From assembly GCF_910588665.1 (NCBI RefSeq), contig NZ_CAJUPR010000002.1:34372-98371 (forward strand): a DNA stretch of 64,000 nucleotides, read 5' to 3'. The position numbers and the translations under genes were made by a program. Within the stretch, counting starts at the first letter, position 1; each line of letters begins with the position of its first letter. Below are positions 42,289 to 52,552 of the stretch, piece by piece. A model generated the notes under the pieces. The model saw nothing but the letters and a program-made list of their open reading frames with translations. It was not told the origin of the DNA and did no database searches. The stretch is from an uncultured Brachyspira sp. (GTDB lineage Bacteria > Spirochaetota > Brachyspiria > Brachyspirales > Brachyspiraceae).

Positions 42289-42708
42289 TTAATATTTATT
42301 TTTTATTTCTTCACATAATTTATGCAGTCTTTCTTCCGCAATTTTATTATTTAATTCGCATTCCCAAATTACAATAACTTTCCATCCCATTGATTCAAGA
42401 TTAATTATGTTATTTTTATCTCTTTCTATATTACGCTGAATTTTGGGAACCCAATAATTCTGATTAGAAAGAGGCATTCTTCCTCTTGAGCAGTTATGCA
42501 TATGCCAAAAACATCCGTTTACAAAAATTACTGTATGATATTTGGGAAGTACAATATCAGGTTTTCCGGGATACCGTTTATCATTTTTCCTATATCTAAA
42601 TCCATGCTTAAAAAGATATTTCCTGACAATATTCTCAGGCTTGGTATCTTTACATTTGATATTTGCCATATTCCTGCTTCTTTCTTCAATAGTTTTATTG
42701 TCTGCCAT
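42289..42708 (-). CDS. vsr: Very short patch repair endonuclease
   Basis: RSRNMANI..KDTKPE, PGKPDIV, FVNGCFWH.H and WECEL. Confidence 0.95.
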   Translation of the reverse strand: MADNKTIEERSRNMANIKCKDTKPENIVRKYLFKHGFRYRKNDKRYPGKPDIVLPKYHTVIFVNGCFWHMHNCSRGRMPLSNQNYWVPKIQRNIERDKNNIINLESMGWKVIVIWECELNNKIAEERLHKLCEEIKNKY

Positions 42709-42736
42709 TTATATATTCCATTTATAATATTTTAAA

Positions 42737-43894
42737 TTAATATGTATTTAATTTATCTTCAAATTCTTCATAGCTTCCCCAACTTTGTATATCTATAGAA
42801 TATTCTCCTTCTTTTTCTTTAGTCACTATTACAGAATCAATTCCTAAAAATTCCAGTTTATCAATGGATGCAGGCTCAAACTCTTTTAATTTTAATACAT
42901 CTCTAAGAAGCCACTTGCTTAATGCTTTGTTAGGATTTGTCATAAGAGCTTTATTGTTATCCTGACATACTTTTGCATTTAATACCTCTCCTAACGGAGT
43001 TTTAAGAATAAAAGGAGTATCTCTTTCCGGAAAAAAATTTTTAAAATGATTTCTTATTAATGCAGGTATTGCTATATATACTTCATTAGGATCTCTTTTT
43101 CTTCCAGATGCATTCCATTGATTAAGACCTGCTTTTTCCTGAACTACCTTCATATTATTTTTTATAGTATAAAGCGGCAGTATAACATATTCTAACTTAT
43201 GCTCTGTATTATCTGAAATTATATCACATCTCATTTCATCAATGGATAAAAGAAGTTTTGCAGGATTTTCAAGTATTGCGGCTTCTGCTGTATAGCAGTC
43301 TGAAGGTATATCAAATTTTCTAAACAATGTGCTTTTTGAAAAATTAAACTTATATAAATGATTGCCGTCTGTAAAATCTAAAGATTTTTCATTTTGAGAA
43401 CCTTTTTGTTTTTCAATTCTTAAATTTGATATGTTGATTTTATTATAATCAGTTTCAAAGAAAAGAAGTAAATTTTTTCTTCTTGCTATTATATGATATT
43501 GAGATTCTGATATCCCATAAATATTCTCAGCAAGCTTAATTCTTTCATTTCTAAGATTTGATAAAAATTCTGCAATATCTTTTTCATCAGTTTTTTCTTT
43601 AATCATATTTGAATCTTTATTAAACTCTGCTATTTTTTCATAACTATAATTTTTATTTTCTCCTAAAAAAGTCTTTAATCCTATTCCCATATTATACAGC
43701 TTAGCATCAAATGCTGTGTCTGAACGGCTTAAGTTTTTAGCATTAAAGCAATAGCAAAATAAATTCTCCATAGCTCTGTAATATATATAGGGATTATCAC
43801 TTTCAGTATATAGTCTTGAAAGTTTAGAAACTATCTGCATTAGTTTTACATAGTTTCTGTTATCTTTTTTATCTAATTCAAAAAAATTAATCAT
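42737..43894 (-). CDS. NgoFVII-family type II restriction endonuclease
   Basis: N-terminal NLSRSD.AFDAK..GIGLKTF (PD-(D/E)xK-like). C-terminal GLNQWNA.GR.R.PNEVYI.IP..FFP..KALMTNPN, resembling the NgoAVII/NgoFVII B3-like domain. Located between the MTase and vsr. Confidence 0.8.
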   Translation of the reverse strand: MINFFELDKKDNRNYVKLMQIVSKLSRLYTESDNPYIYYRAMENLFCYCFNAKNLSRSDTAFDAKLYNMGIGLKTFLGENKNYSYEKIAEFNKDSNMIKEKTDEKDIAEFLSNLRNERIKLAENIYGISESQYHIIARRKNLLLFFETDYNKINISNLRIEKQKGSQNEKSLDFTDGNHLYKFNFSKSTLFRKFDIPSDCYTAEAAILENPAKLLLSIDEMRCDIISDNTEHKLEYVILPLYTIKNNMKVVQEKAGLNQWNASGRKRDPNEVYIAIPALIRNHFKNFFPERDTPFILKTPLGEVLNAKVCQDNNKALMTNPNKALSKWLLRDVLKLKEFEPASIDKLEFLGIDSVIVTKEKEGEYSIDIQSWGSYEEFEDKLNTY

Positions 43895-43908
43895 TATAAC
43901 ACCGTAAG

Positions 43909-44844
43909 TTAAGTATTTATTATTTTAAGAATATTATCAGCAATTTTTTTTACCAAAGGATAGACTATTGAATTTCCAGCCTGTTTATATAATTTTGAGT
44001 CAGCTTGTTTAGGAAGTTTAAAATCTCTGGGGTATCCTTGAAAGTTAAAACATTCTCTTGGAGTTAATTTTCTTATGCCGTAATTATCGCATATTATTGG
44101 AACATTATGTCCGCCTTCTCCCATATTAGCAGTTAAAGTAGGACACAGATTTGATTTATTTTCTCTTATATAATGTCTTCTCCATTGATATACAGTATCT
44201 TTATTTTTTATATTTTCATTGAAAATATCATAATATTTAGTACTGTTATAATAATATATATCATCTTGTCTTTCATTTTCTATAAAATCATGAATAGTTT
44301 TAGTTAATTCTATAGGTTCAGGAAATTTAAAATTTAAATAATCAAATACTTTTTCCTTATTGAAAGCTACAATAAATATTCTTTCTCTATTTTGAGGAAT
44401 ATTGGAATATTCAGCAGAATTTAATATTTTATACAAAACATAATAATTTAAATCTCTCAATATATCAACAATTGTTTTTAAAGTATTTCCATTATCATGA
44501 TTTTTAAGATTTTTCACATTTTCAAGAAGAACTGCTTTAGGTCTATGATATTTTATTATTCTGGCTATATCAAAAAATAAAGTCCCTCTTGTATCTTTAA
44601 AACCTTTTCGGTATCCTGCTACAGAAAAAGGCTGGCACGGAAAACCAGCACAAAGTATATCATGTTCAGGAATATTTTTTTCATTTATTTTTGTAATATC
44701 GCCTTCAAGTACAGTATCAGGAAAATTTAATTTATAAGTTTCTCTTGCATTAACATCTATTTCACTCGCAAAAACACAATTTTCAGAATTAAAAGCTAAA
44801 TGAAAGCCGCCTACTCCTGCAAATAAATCAATAAATCTGCACAT
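43909..44844 (-). CDS. dcm: DNA (cytosine-5)-methyltransferase
   Basis: DLFAGVGG, GFPCQPFS, ENVKNL, QNRERIF and YKQAGNS. Confidence 0.96.
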   Translation of the reverse strand: MCRFIDLFAGVGGFHLAFNSENCVFASEIDVNARETYKLNFPDTVLEGDITKINEKNIPEHDILCAGFPCQPFSVAGYRKGFKDTRGTLFFDIARIIKYHRPKAVLLENVKNLKNHDNGNTLKTIVDILRDLNYYVLYKILNSAEYSNIPQNRERIFIVAFNKEKVFDYLNFKFPEPIELTKTIHDFIENERQDDIYYYNSTKYYDIFNENIKNKDTVYQWRRHYIRENKSNLCPTLTANMGEGGHNVPIICDNYGIRKLTPRECFNFQGYPRDFKLPKQADSKLYKQAGNSIVYPLVKKIADNILKIINT

Positions 44845-44914
44845 TATATGATTTCCTAATATATATTAATTAAAGTTAATTTACATTATCATAAATTGTA
44901 ATTTAATTACTCGG

Positions 44915-44943
44915 ATTATATAATCATAATTTATATTTGTCAA
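44915..44943 (-). promoter_or_regulatory. Consensus sigma70 promoter of the MTase-REase-vsr operon
   Basis: TTGACA(44943-44938)-17 nt-TATAAT(44920-44915). Confidence 0.8.
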
Positions 44944-44977
44944 AGAATTATTTTTAAACTTTTATATATTCAGTTTT

Positions 44978-45430
44978 CTAAAAACTCATTATTTCATACC
45001 AGTAATTATCAAAATATCTGTACATTCCCATACCCGGCGAATAATAAGTATATATTTCATGAAAATCTTTTAAAGCATCTTTAAAAGAAGCATTATTAAT
45101 ATAGCATTTTCTTGCCATATAAAGAAGCGCAATAGAAGGAGATCTTGACATTCCGAAATTACAATGTACTAAAACTTCCATATCTTTTATATGTTCATCT
45201 ATAAACTCCATAGATCTTTTTATCATAGGAAAAGCATATTCAAAAGATAAACTGCTTATATCAAGCAGATTCAAATATAAATTATTATTCATTTCATAAA
45301 CTTTTTTATCTCTGATATTTCCTTTAACGCTCCTTACAAAACAGCTTTGGCATGCATGAACTATAGCGCCTTTAAACTCTGCGCAGTCTCTATCGCCTCC
45401 TACATACAGATTATGATATAGTTTTTTCAT
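44978..45430 (-). CDS. Dual-specificity (Cys-based) phosphatase family protein
   Basis: NLYVG and VLVHCNFGMSRS (HCx5R). ATG at 45430. Confidence 0.88.
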   Translation of the reverse strand: MKKLYHNLYVGGDRDCAEFKGAIVHACQSCFVRSVKGNIRDKKVYEMNNNLYLNLLDISSLSFEYAFPMIKRSMEFIDEHIKDMEVLVHCNFGMSRSPSIALLYMARKCYINNASFKDALKDFHEIYTYYSPGMGMYRYFDNYWYEIMSF

Positions 45431-45580
45431 AAATTGCAAAGCTCCGATTAATCTTTATATACAATTATAATAACATAAATTTAATAAAGTTCTATATTAA
45501 ATTAATACAATTTATATATTGATTTTATAAATAATGTTTATATAATTTAATATTATACCAAATATTAAAAAGGTTTATGC

Positions 45581-47614
45581 ATGTCATATTTATGTTTTGG
45601 AAGTAATTGGGGAAATAAAAAACTCATAGATGAAATATTTCTTAAATATAAAATAACATTTGTAGGATTTAAAGATGATGATACAAATTATGAGAAAGCT
45701 TTAGAAAAAACTAAAAATACCTGTATAGCAAAAGGTGCAAAAATAGCTATTGCCGAAGGTACAAAAGTTAAGGCTGTAGGCATAGCTATTTCTGATTCAA
45801 TTACATTAGATAAATTGATACAAGAATTTAGTGAAATAGATAGGGAGGCAATTAAAAATTATCTTTCTTATATTGATGATACCATATTATGTGTTAAATC
45901 TAAATTATATAAATTAAGTAAAGATGACCAATTTTCTTTTGGATCTCAGGGAAAAAGATTTTGTAATATTAAAGATGAAAAATATAAAAACTATATAAAT
46001 AAATTATTAAAAAAATATTCTGGGGAATTAGCTATGAAAGAATTAAAAGAAAACTGTATCAGCCTTTTAAAAAGTAATTATAATCTTGTACTCACAGGAG
46101 CACCGGGAACAGGAAAAACATATTTGGCTAAAGAAATAGCCAAAGAAATGATGAAGGATAATACTACACAAATTAAAGACTATATACAATTTATAATAGA
46201 TTATTATAATAGTAATAAAGAACGTTTAAATAACTTAAAAAAAGAAGGTGATAAATTAAGAGAAGAGTTCAAAAATAAATTTCCTAAAGAGAGTTTGCAA
46301 AATATAAGTATAGATGATTATGCTGTAGGCAGAGGAGATAATAATTCTTTTTGTTATTGGATTGAATTCGGACTTAAGAGAAAATTATTAGGAGGATTTT
46401 TTGCTGGAGGAGCCAAAACATATTTGCTATATTATGATAAAAAAACAGGTAATTTGGTAAATGAAACTGATAAAACTGATGACGAACTTATAAAAGAAAT
46501 AGGTAAAGAATTATATAATATGGCTACAACAGAAGATTATGATTTTAAAGATTCTGTATTAGATTTTAATAAAAGAAATGATTATATGGCAATAAAAATA
46601 TATAATACATATAATCCTAATGCATATTTTCCTATGATGCCTAAAAAAGATATGCTCAATATATGTGATATATTTGGTATAAAAAAAGATAATAATATAT
46701 ATGAATTAAATAAAAATATAAAAAAATTCTTTGATGAAAATTTAAATGGTATTGATTCATATATAGTAAGAATGATATTATTAGAAAATTTAGACTTAAT
46801 AAGCGGGAAAAAACAAGATGTAAATGTGAATAATAATGATTACGGATTTGTACAGTTTCACCCATCTTATGATTATACAGATTTTGTTGAGGGCTTAAGA
46901 CCAGTTAAAGATAGTGACGGAAATATCGGATTTGAAAGAAAGGACGGGGTTTTTAAAAAGTTTTGCAAGGAAGCTTTAAAAAATAGAAGCAGTAAATTTG
47001 TATTCATAATAGATGAGATTAACAGAGGAGAGATTTCAAAAATTTTCGGAGAATTATTTTTTGCTGTTGATCCCGGGTATAGAGGCGAAAGCGGAAAAGT
47101 AAAAACTCAATATAATAATTTAATTAATAATGATGAAAGCGATGAAGATGATGAATTTGAAGACGGATTTTTTGTTCCAGAGAATGTTTATATAATAGGC
47201 ACTATGAATGATATTGACAGAAGCGTTGAGAGTATGGACTTTGCTATGCGCAGAAGATTCGCCTTTATAGAAATTGAAGCTAAAAATACACAAGAAAATA
47301 TATTAAAAAGTTTAGATAAAAATATAAAACAAGAAGCAATTAATAGAATGGATAATTTAAATAATGCTATAGAGAAAATTGAAAGCTTTAACTCTTCATA
47401 TCATGTAGGAGCTTCTTATTTTTTGAAATTAAAAAATTATTATAAAAATTCAAACAACAATAAAGAAGAAGCATTTAAAAGTTTATGGGATAATCATTTA
47501 AAAGGGCTTTTATTTGAATATTTAAGAGGTATGCCAGATGCTGAAAGTAAACTTGATGATGAATTAAAAAAAGCGTATGATAATGATAAAGTTTCAGATA
47601 ATAATGCAACATAA
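45581..47614 (+). CDS. mcrB: McrB-family AAA+ GTPase
   Basis: GAPGTGKT, FVQFHPSYDYTDFVEG, IIDEINRG, GTMNDIDRS and AMRRRF. Confidence 0.93.
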   Translation: MSYLCFGSNWGNKKLIDEIFLKYKITFVGFKDDDTNYEKALEKTKNTCIAKGAKIAIAEGTKVKAVGIAISDSITLDKLIQEFSEIDREAIKNYLSYIDDTILCVKSKLYKLSKDDQFSFGSQGKRFCNIKDEKYKNYINKLLKKYSGELAMKELKENCISLLKSNYNLVLTGAPGTGKTYLAKEIAKEMMKDNTTQIKDYIQFIIDYYNSNKERLNNLKKEGDKLREEFKNKFPKESLQNISIDDYAVGRGDNNSFCYWIEFGLKRKLLGGFFAGGAKTYLLYYDKKTGNLVNETDKTDDELIKEIGKELYNMATTEDYDFKDSVLDFNKRNDYMAIKIYNTYNPNAYFPMMPKKDMLNICDIFGIKKDNNIYELNKNIKKFFDENLNGIDSYIVRMILLENLDLISGKKQDVNVNNNDYGFVQFHPSYDYTDFVEGLRPVKDSDGNIGFERKDGVFKKFCKEALKNRSSKFVFIIDEINRGEISKIFGELFFAVDPGYRGESGKVKTQYNNLINNDESDEDDEFEDGFFVPENVYIIGTMNDIDRSVESMDFAMRRRFAFIEIEAKNTQENILKSLDKNIKQEAINRMDNLNNAIEKIESFNSSYHVGASYFLKLKNYYKNSNNNKEEAFKSLWDNHLKGLLFEYLRGMPDAESKLDDELKKAYDNDKVSDNNAT

Positions 47615-47716
47615 GATAGTAGTGAAGCAGAAGATAGTAATATCAATTCAAATGATACAAAATAAAATGACAGCGCAGATAATTAATAAAGTTTATTTCA
47701 ATATAAAAATAATAAT

Positions 47717-49036
47717 ATGAGTAATAAAATTATTAAATTAAAAGATAATACTAAACATGAAATAACACATATTCCTAAAGAGGATTTAACAAATATAAAA
47801 GATATAGCAAGTAAAACCTTATACGGCATAAAAGATAATATTATAATATTTCCTAATTCTATAAAAGAAAGTAAGGACTTAGAAGAAGATAGCAGAATAT
47901 TTGATATTATTAATGACAGTTTATTAACTAATAATATAATGGGATTTATAAGCTATAATAATACGCAAATAAAAATTTCTTCAAGGTTTGCTGTAAATGA
48001 TAATGAAGATTATTTTCTGCATTATATGCTTATGAAAGTGCTTTCTCTTAATATTGTTAATTTAGAGCATAGCAAAGATTATGACGATTCATTTGATTTT
48101 TTAATTTACATGTTTATTAATTTTTTTAAAAGAGCATTAAGACAGGGACTTTTCAAACAATACAAATTAATAAAACATAATGATGCTAATGTTAAAGGAA
48201 CTATTGATATTAACAGATACATCAAAAATAATATCCCTTTCAATGGTAAAATTTCGTATAATACTAGAGAATACAGCTATGACAATAATATCATGCAATT
48301 AATAAGGCACACTATAGAATATATAAACACAAAAAACAGATATCTTTTAAGTTATGACAGTGAAATAAAAAATTATGTTCATCAGATATTTTATTCAACT
48401 CCTAATTATGAAAGAAATAAAAGAGAGAGCATTATAAATAAAAACTTAAAAAAATTAGCTCACCCATACTATTATGAATATGAACCTTTAAGAAAAATAT
48501 GCATTCAGATATTAAGGCATGAAAAATTAAAATACGGAAACAATGATAATACTGTATACGGACTATTATTTGACGGGGCTTGGCTTTTTGAAGAATATCT
48601 GTTTACTATATTAAAGCAAATTAATTTTGAACATGCTGAAAATAGAAATTCCAGTAAAGGTATAAATCTTCTTAATAATGCTTGGAGAGTTTATCCGGAC
48701 TTCTATAAATTATCAAATGATAATAAAAATAATATAGTGCTTGATGCCAAATATAAAAAACTTGATAATAAAAATATAGACAGAAATGATAAACATCAAA
48801 TAGTTTCCTATGCTTATACACTTAATGCTAAAAAGGCAGGATTTGTTTATCCTATCAATGAAATTAATAATTGCAAAGAAAATACATATATAGGAAAACT
48901 AAACAGCAAATATAATAATGCTGATTGCGAAATACATAAATACGCTTTAAAAATCCCTTCAAATAAAGAAAAGGAGTTTTTAGAGAAAATTTATGAAAGT
49001 GAAGAAAACTTAAAAAAGTTAATAATCTCTGTATGA
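47717..49036 (+). CDS. mcrC: McrC-family PD-(D/E)xK nuclease
   Basis: GLFKQY, KGTIDINR, LFEEYL, YPDF...VLDAKYK and DKHQIVSY. Downstream of mcrB. Confidence 0.9.
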   Translation: MSNKIIKLKDNTKHEITHIPKEDLTNIKDIASKTLYGIKDNIIIFPNSIKESKDLEEDSRIFDIINDSLLTNNIMGFISYNNTQIKISSRFAVNDNEDYFLHYMLMKVLSLNIVNLEHSKDYDDSFDFLIYMFINFFKRALRQGLFKQYKLIKHNDANVKGTIDINRYIKNNIPFNGKISYNTREYSYDNNIMQLIRHTIEYINTKNRYLLSYDSEIKNYVHQIFYSTPNYERNKRESIINKNLKKLAHPYYYEYEPLRKICIQILRHEKLKYGNNDNTVYGLLFDGAWLFEEYLFTILKQINFEHAENRNSSKGINLLNNAWRVYPDFYKLSNDNKNNIVLDAKYKKLDNKNIDRNDKHQIVSYAYTLNAKKAGFVYPINEINNCKENTYIGKLNSKYNNADCEIHKYALKIPSNKEKEFLEKIYESEENLKKLIISV

Positions 49037-49438
49037 CTTTGTTATATTTCCTTCAAAATCTATATTTATTTTTTTACCGCTTTTAAACTCTATTTTATAC
49101 TCTCTGCTTTTTTTCTGAATATATATTATTTTTTCATTAGGATATTCTTTTTTTACAGAGTTTTTTACCTTATCTTCAATATAAGCTATAGATATTTCAT
49201 TTCCTCCTCCCATTACGCTTTTCCATTCTCCTTTTCTGTTAAAGTATATTTTAAGACCGCCTTTAAATATTAAAGAATAATTGCCTCCAAGGTCCATTGC
49301 TCTGTATAAATAATAGTCAGAAAAATATTTATCTGCAAATTCTATAGCATAACTTGGAACTTCGCTTAAAGCTATTGAAGAAGCATAAGCATATATTGAA
49401 AATAAAGATAATAATATAGCATATACTGTTTTTTTCAT
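49019..49438 (-). CDS. PepSY-like (DUF2874/BLIP-type) exported protein
   Basis: Signal peptide, EVPSYAIEFADKYF, KIYFNRKGEW and KKEYPNEKIIYI. Overlaps the mcrC 3' end by 18 nt. Confidence 0.7.
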   Translation of the reverse strand: MKKTVYAILLSLFSIYAYASSIALSEVPSYAIEFADKYFSDYYLYRAMDLGGNYSLIFKGGLKIYFNRKGEWKSVMGGGNEISIAYIEDKVKNSVKKEYPNEKIIYIQKKSREYKIEFKSGKKINIDFEGNITKSYRDY

Positions 49439-49476
49439 AAATTTAAATACTCCTATTTTTATAATATACAAGTTTT

Positions 49477-50589
49477 TTATAGTTTTACATCTCCTGCAAT
49501 ATAATATCTTCCGTCGGTAGAGCCTTGAAATCCTATATTGAACTCTGCAGGTCCCGCTTTGAACTTTCCGAATACAGCATATTCCAAATAGGCTTTAGCC
49601 TGCCTGTTCTTTATATGAACAGTCTCTCTTAAAGCAATATTCAGCATATACCATTCAAATCCCTGCTCTAATCGTATATAATGCGCATCATTTTCTCTCC
49701 AAGTATATTCGGCTATTAGATTAAGCCAAATAGCTTCATTCATAAACGGAAATCTGAATACCGTCGATGCCTGAATAAGATTATCAAATAAACTTATATG
49801 ATAATTTTCAGGACTTTGCCTGTTTTCATGCTCATATAAAAATCTGAATTCTATATTAGGTATATTAAATCTAAAAAGAAAAGCTTTCGGTATGCTGTGT
49901 CTGAAATCTCCCTGAGAATAGGCAATTTCATAATGATTTCCTATAAAACCTGCTCTTATGCCTGGACCGTTTAATACTTGCGGTATATAGTAATCAGGCG
50001 TATCAATATTTGCAGGATTTAAAGTTGTATCATAATAATGAGGCATAAGCATAAATGTAGCCGTATTAATATCAAAAGTTGCTCTTCCTCTTGCAGATAC
50101 CAATATTCTATCTACGAAAACAGCCTGCACACCTCCGTCATAAAGTCCGCCGTTTCCTTTTATATATCCATAATTTGTTTCTGGAATATGAGTGTCAAAA
50201 TATCCGTAAGCCGTAATAAAACCTGTAAATTGTATATAATTATTATGAAAAGTCTGACCTATTGTTGCAAATGTGTCTCTCATATTAAAAGTATTTGTTC
50301 TTATTGCATAAGAAAAAGCAGCAGTCAAATGAAACTCTATAGGATATTTTTTAAAGTAGCTTAAATTCGTTTCATTCAGATTAGGCAAAGTCCTTTTATA
50401 ATCGTCTCTGAAATAGTCAGGTTTTATATACTGCGGAAGTTCATTATTTCCTTCTCTTCCTATAAACATATTGAATGCATTCGGAAGAGGAGGCATTACT
50501 GCATTTGTATATTTTGACTGAGCATTAGCAGTAGAAGATAATAATAAAAATATTATTGATGCTGCTGTTATGCTTATATTATTTTTCAT
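49477..50589 (-). CDS. Hypothetical exported protein, possibly an outer-membrane beta-barrel
   Basis: Signal peptide and aromatic-rich amphipathic strands. ATG 50589 follows GGAG. Confidence 0.65.
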   Translation of the reverse strand: MKNNISITAASIIFLLLSSTANAQSKYTNAVMPPLPNAFNMFIGREGNNELPQYIKPDYFRDDYKRTLPNLNETNLSYFKKYPIEFHLTAAFSYAIRTNTFNMRDTFATIGQTFHNNYIQFTGFITAYGYFDTHIPETNYGYIKGNGGLYDGGVQAVFVDRILVSARGRATFDINTATFMLMPHYYDTTLNPANIDTPDYYIPQVLNGPGIRAGFIGNHYEIAYSQGDFRHSIPKAFLFRFNIPNIEFRFLYEHENRQSPENYHISLFDNLIQASTVFRFPFMNEAIWLNLIAEYTWRENDAHYIRLEQGFEWYMLNIALRETVHIKNRQAKAYLEYAVFGKFKAGPAEFNIGFQGSTDGRYYIAGDVKL

Positions 50590-50716
50590 AAATTTCTCCG
50601 TCATCAAATAATAAAAAATATAATAGAAATTATTAATAAAGCCGAATATAAAAAATATCAGCTATGATAATTTTAAATATATAAAAGATTTTTAAAATTT
50701 CATAGCTTATAAAAAA

Positions 50717-52552
50717 TCAATCAATCTTAAAGAAAGTCATAAGCTCCTGCAAACCTTCGGAATGCTCCAAAAGTTCCCTTATATTATTAGATGTTTCATC
50801 AACTAAATCAACATTTTTCTGAGTTATACCTTCAATTTTTGATATGGCTATATTAACCTGATTAACTCCCTGCTCCTGTTCTACTGCTGTAGTGCTTATC
50901 TCCTGCATAATTTTTGCCGTATCCTCAATTTTTGATTGTATATCATTAAATATAGCCTGAGACTCTCTTGCAGTTTCTGCTGATTTATTAATTTTTTCAT
51001 AAATATTTTCTATTAATAAAGTAATATCCTTAGCCGAAGCCTGAGAGTTCTGAGCAAGATTTCTTACCTCGCTTGCTACTACGGCAAAACCTCTTCCCTG
51101 ATCTCCCGCACGCGCCGCCTCTACGGAAGCATTTAAAGCAAGTATATTAGTCTGAAAGGCTATATCTTCTATGGCTTTAGTAATACTTTTTATTTTTTCG
51201 CTTGCCTCATAAACTTCCTCTATATTTTTGGTTGTTTCAGCTATGACGCTTGCACCGTTTTCAACAGCCTTTTTTGAGGCTATCATCATTTCATTGCCTT
51301 CTACAGAATTTTGTGCCGAAGATTTTATTGTGGAAGCCATCTCTTCTATAGCTGAAGAGGTTTCCTCCAAACTTGCAGCCTGAGATTCCGTTCTGGACGA
51401 TAAATTATCGGAACCTGAAGACAGGCTTTTTGCTGTGCTTCTGATACTATCAGATTTTAAGCTGACATCATTTACTATAGAGCCTAAAGCTTTTCTCATA
51501 TCTTTAAATGCTAATGCTATATCTCCGATTTCGTTTTTATTGAATCTGAAGTTTCTTAATGTAAAAACTCCTTGAGACATTTCCTTAGCTTCTTCCACCA
51601 ATATTTTTAAAGGCTTAACTAAATATCTTATATATAATATACCTATTGCTGAGCTAAGTATAATACCTACTATAATTAATATAATGGAAATCATTAGTAT
51701 TCTTTGGCTTCTTGAAGTTATAAAACTAAGAGGCATTGAAAAAGCCACATGCCAAGGCATAACTTCAAGTCTTGTATACATACATATTTTAGTCATTCCG
51801 TCATTTTGGAATTCCAATACGCCTTCTTTTTCATCTACTATAGTTTTAACCTCTACAGGAGCAAATTTACCTACTTCACTTGGAACATTATGCATAACTA
51901 AAAGAGTATCATGATTAAATACCCATAATCTTATCCAATGAGTAAGAACACTTCCTGCAATACTTGAAATTTCATCAATAACTGCCTGCCAATCTAAAAT
52001 AGTTAAAAGCCCTGCAATTATTTCATTTTCGTCCATAATAGGTGAAATTATTACCAAAATCCATTTTCCGTCTTTGGTTTTATATAAAGAATCCGATAAA
52101 AGCACTTTTTTAGAGGGTTCGTACTGCTTCCATAAATCAGGATATAGTTCCGATACCTTTCTTCCTATATCTGTATTGCCATGAAGACCTGAAAATAATG
52201 TTCCGTCTTTCTCAAATAAAAATAAGTCTGATATAAATCGGTTTTTGCTGGTAACGGAAAGATATAAGCTTCTTACTCCTTCTAAATCGGCTTGCTGTCT
52301 GTATTTTGCATAATTAACTATGATTGGAAAAGAACCGTAAGTATCTGCAAAAATCATCTGATCGCTCAATAAATTATTAAAAAAAGTAGCATACCCTTTA
52401 ATAGTGGTATTAAAACCTTCAAACATAGAATCATCAATTACTTTCCTGCTCATTTGAGATAAAGTTAATATTGATGTTATTATGACTATAGCTACTAGAA
52501 CATTAATTATGAGAGGAATTTGAACTGCTAAACTATTAAACTTTTTTTTCAT
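50717..52552 (-). CDS. Methyl-accepting chemotaxis protein (Cache-like sensor, HAMP, MA domain)
   Basis: Two TM helices and IAFQTNILALNASVEAARAGDQGRGFAVVASEVR. Confidence 0.96.
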   Translation of the reverse strand: MKKKFNSLAVQIPLIINVLVAIVIITSILTLSQMSRKVIDDSMFEGFNTTIKGYATFFNNLLSDQMIFADTYGSFPIIVNYAKYRQQADLEGVRSLYLSVTSKNRFISDLFLFEKDGTLFSGLHGNTDIGRKVSELYPDLWKQYEPSKKVLLSDSLYKTKDGKWILVIISPIMDENEIIAGLLTILDWQAVIDEISSIAGSVLTHWIRLWVFNHDTLLVMHNVPSEVGKFAPVEVKTIVDEKEGVLEFQNDGMTKICMYTRLEVMPWHVAFSMPLSFITSRSQRILMISIILIIVGIILSSAIGILYIRYLVKPLKILVEEAKEMSQGVFTLRNFRFNKNEIGDIALAFKDMRKALGSIVNDVSLKSDSIRSTAKSLSSGSDNLSSRTESQAASLEETSSAIEEMASTIKSSAQNSVEGNEMMIASKKAVENGASVIAETTKNIEEVYEASEKIKSITKAIEDIAFQTNILALNASVEAARAGDQGRGFAVVASEVRNLAQNSQASAKDITLLIENIYEKINKSAETARESQAIFNDIQSKIEDTAKIMQEISTTAVEQEQGVNQVNIAISKIEGITQKNVDLVDETSNNIRELLEHSEGLQELMTFFKID

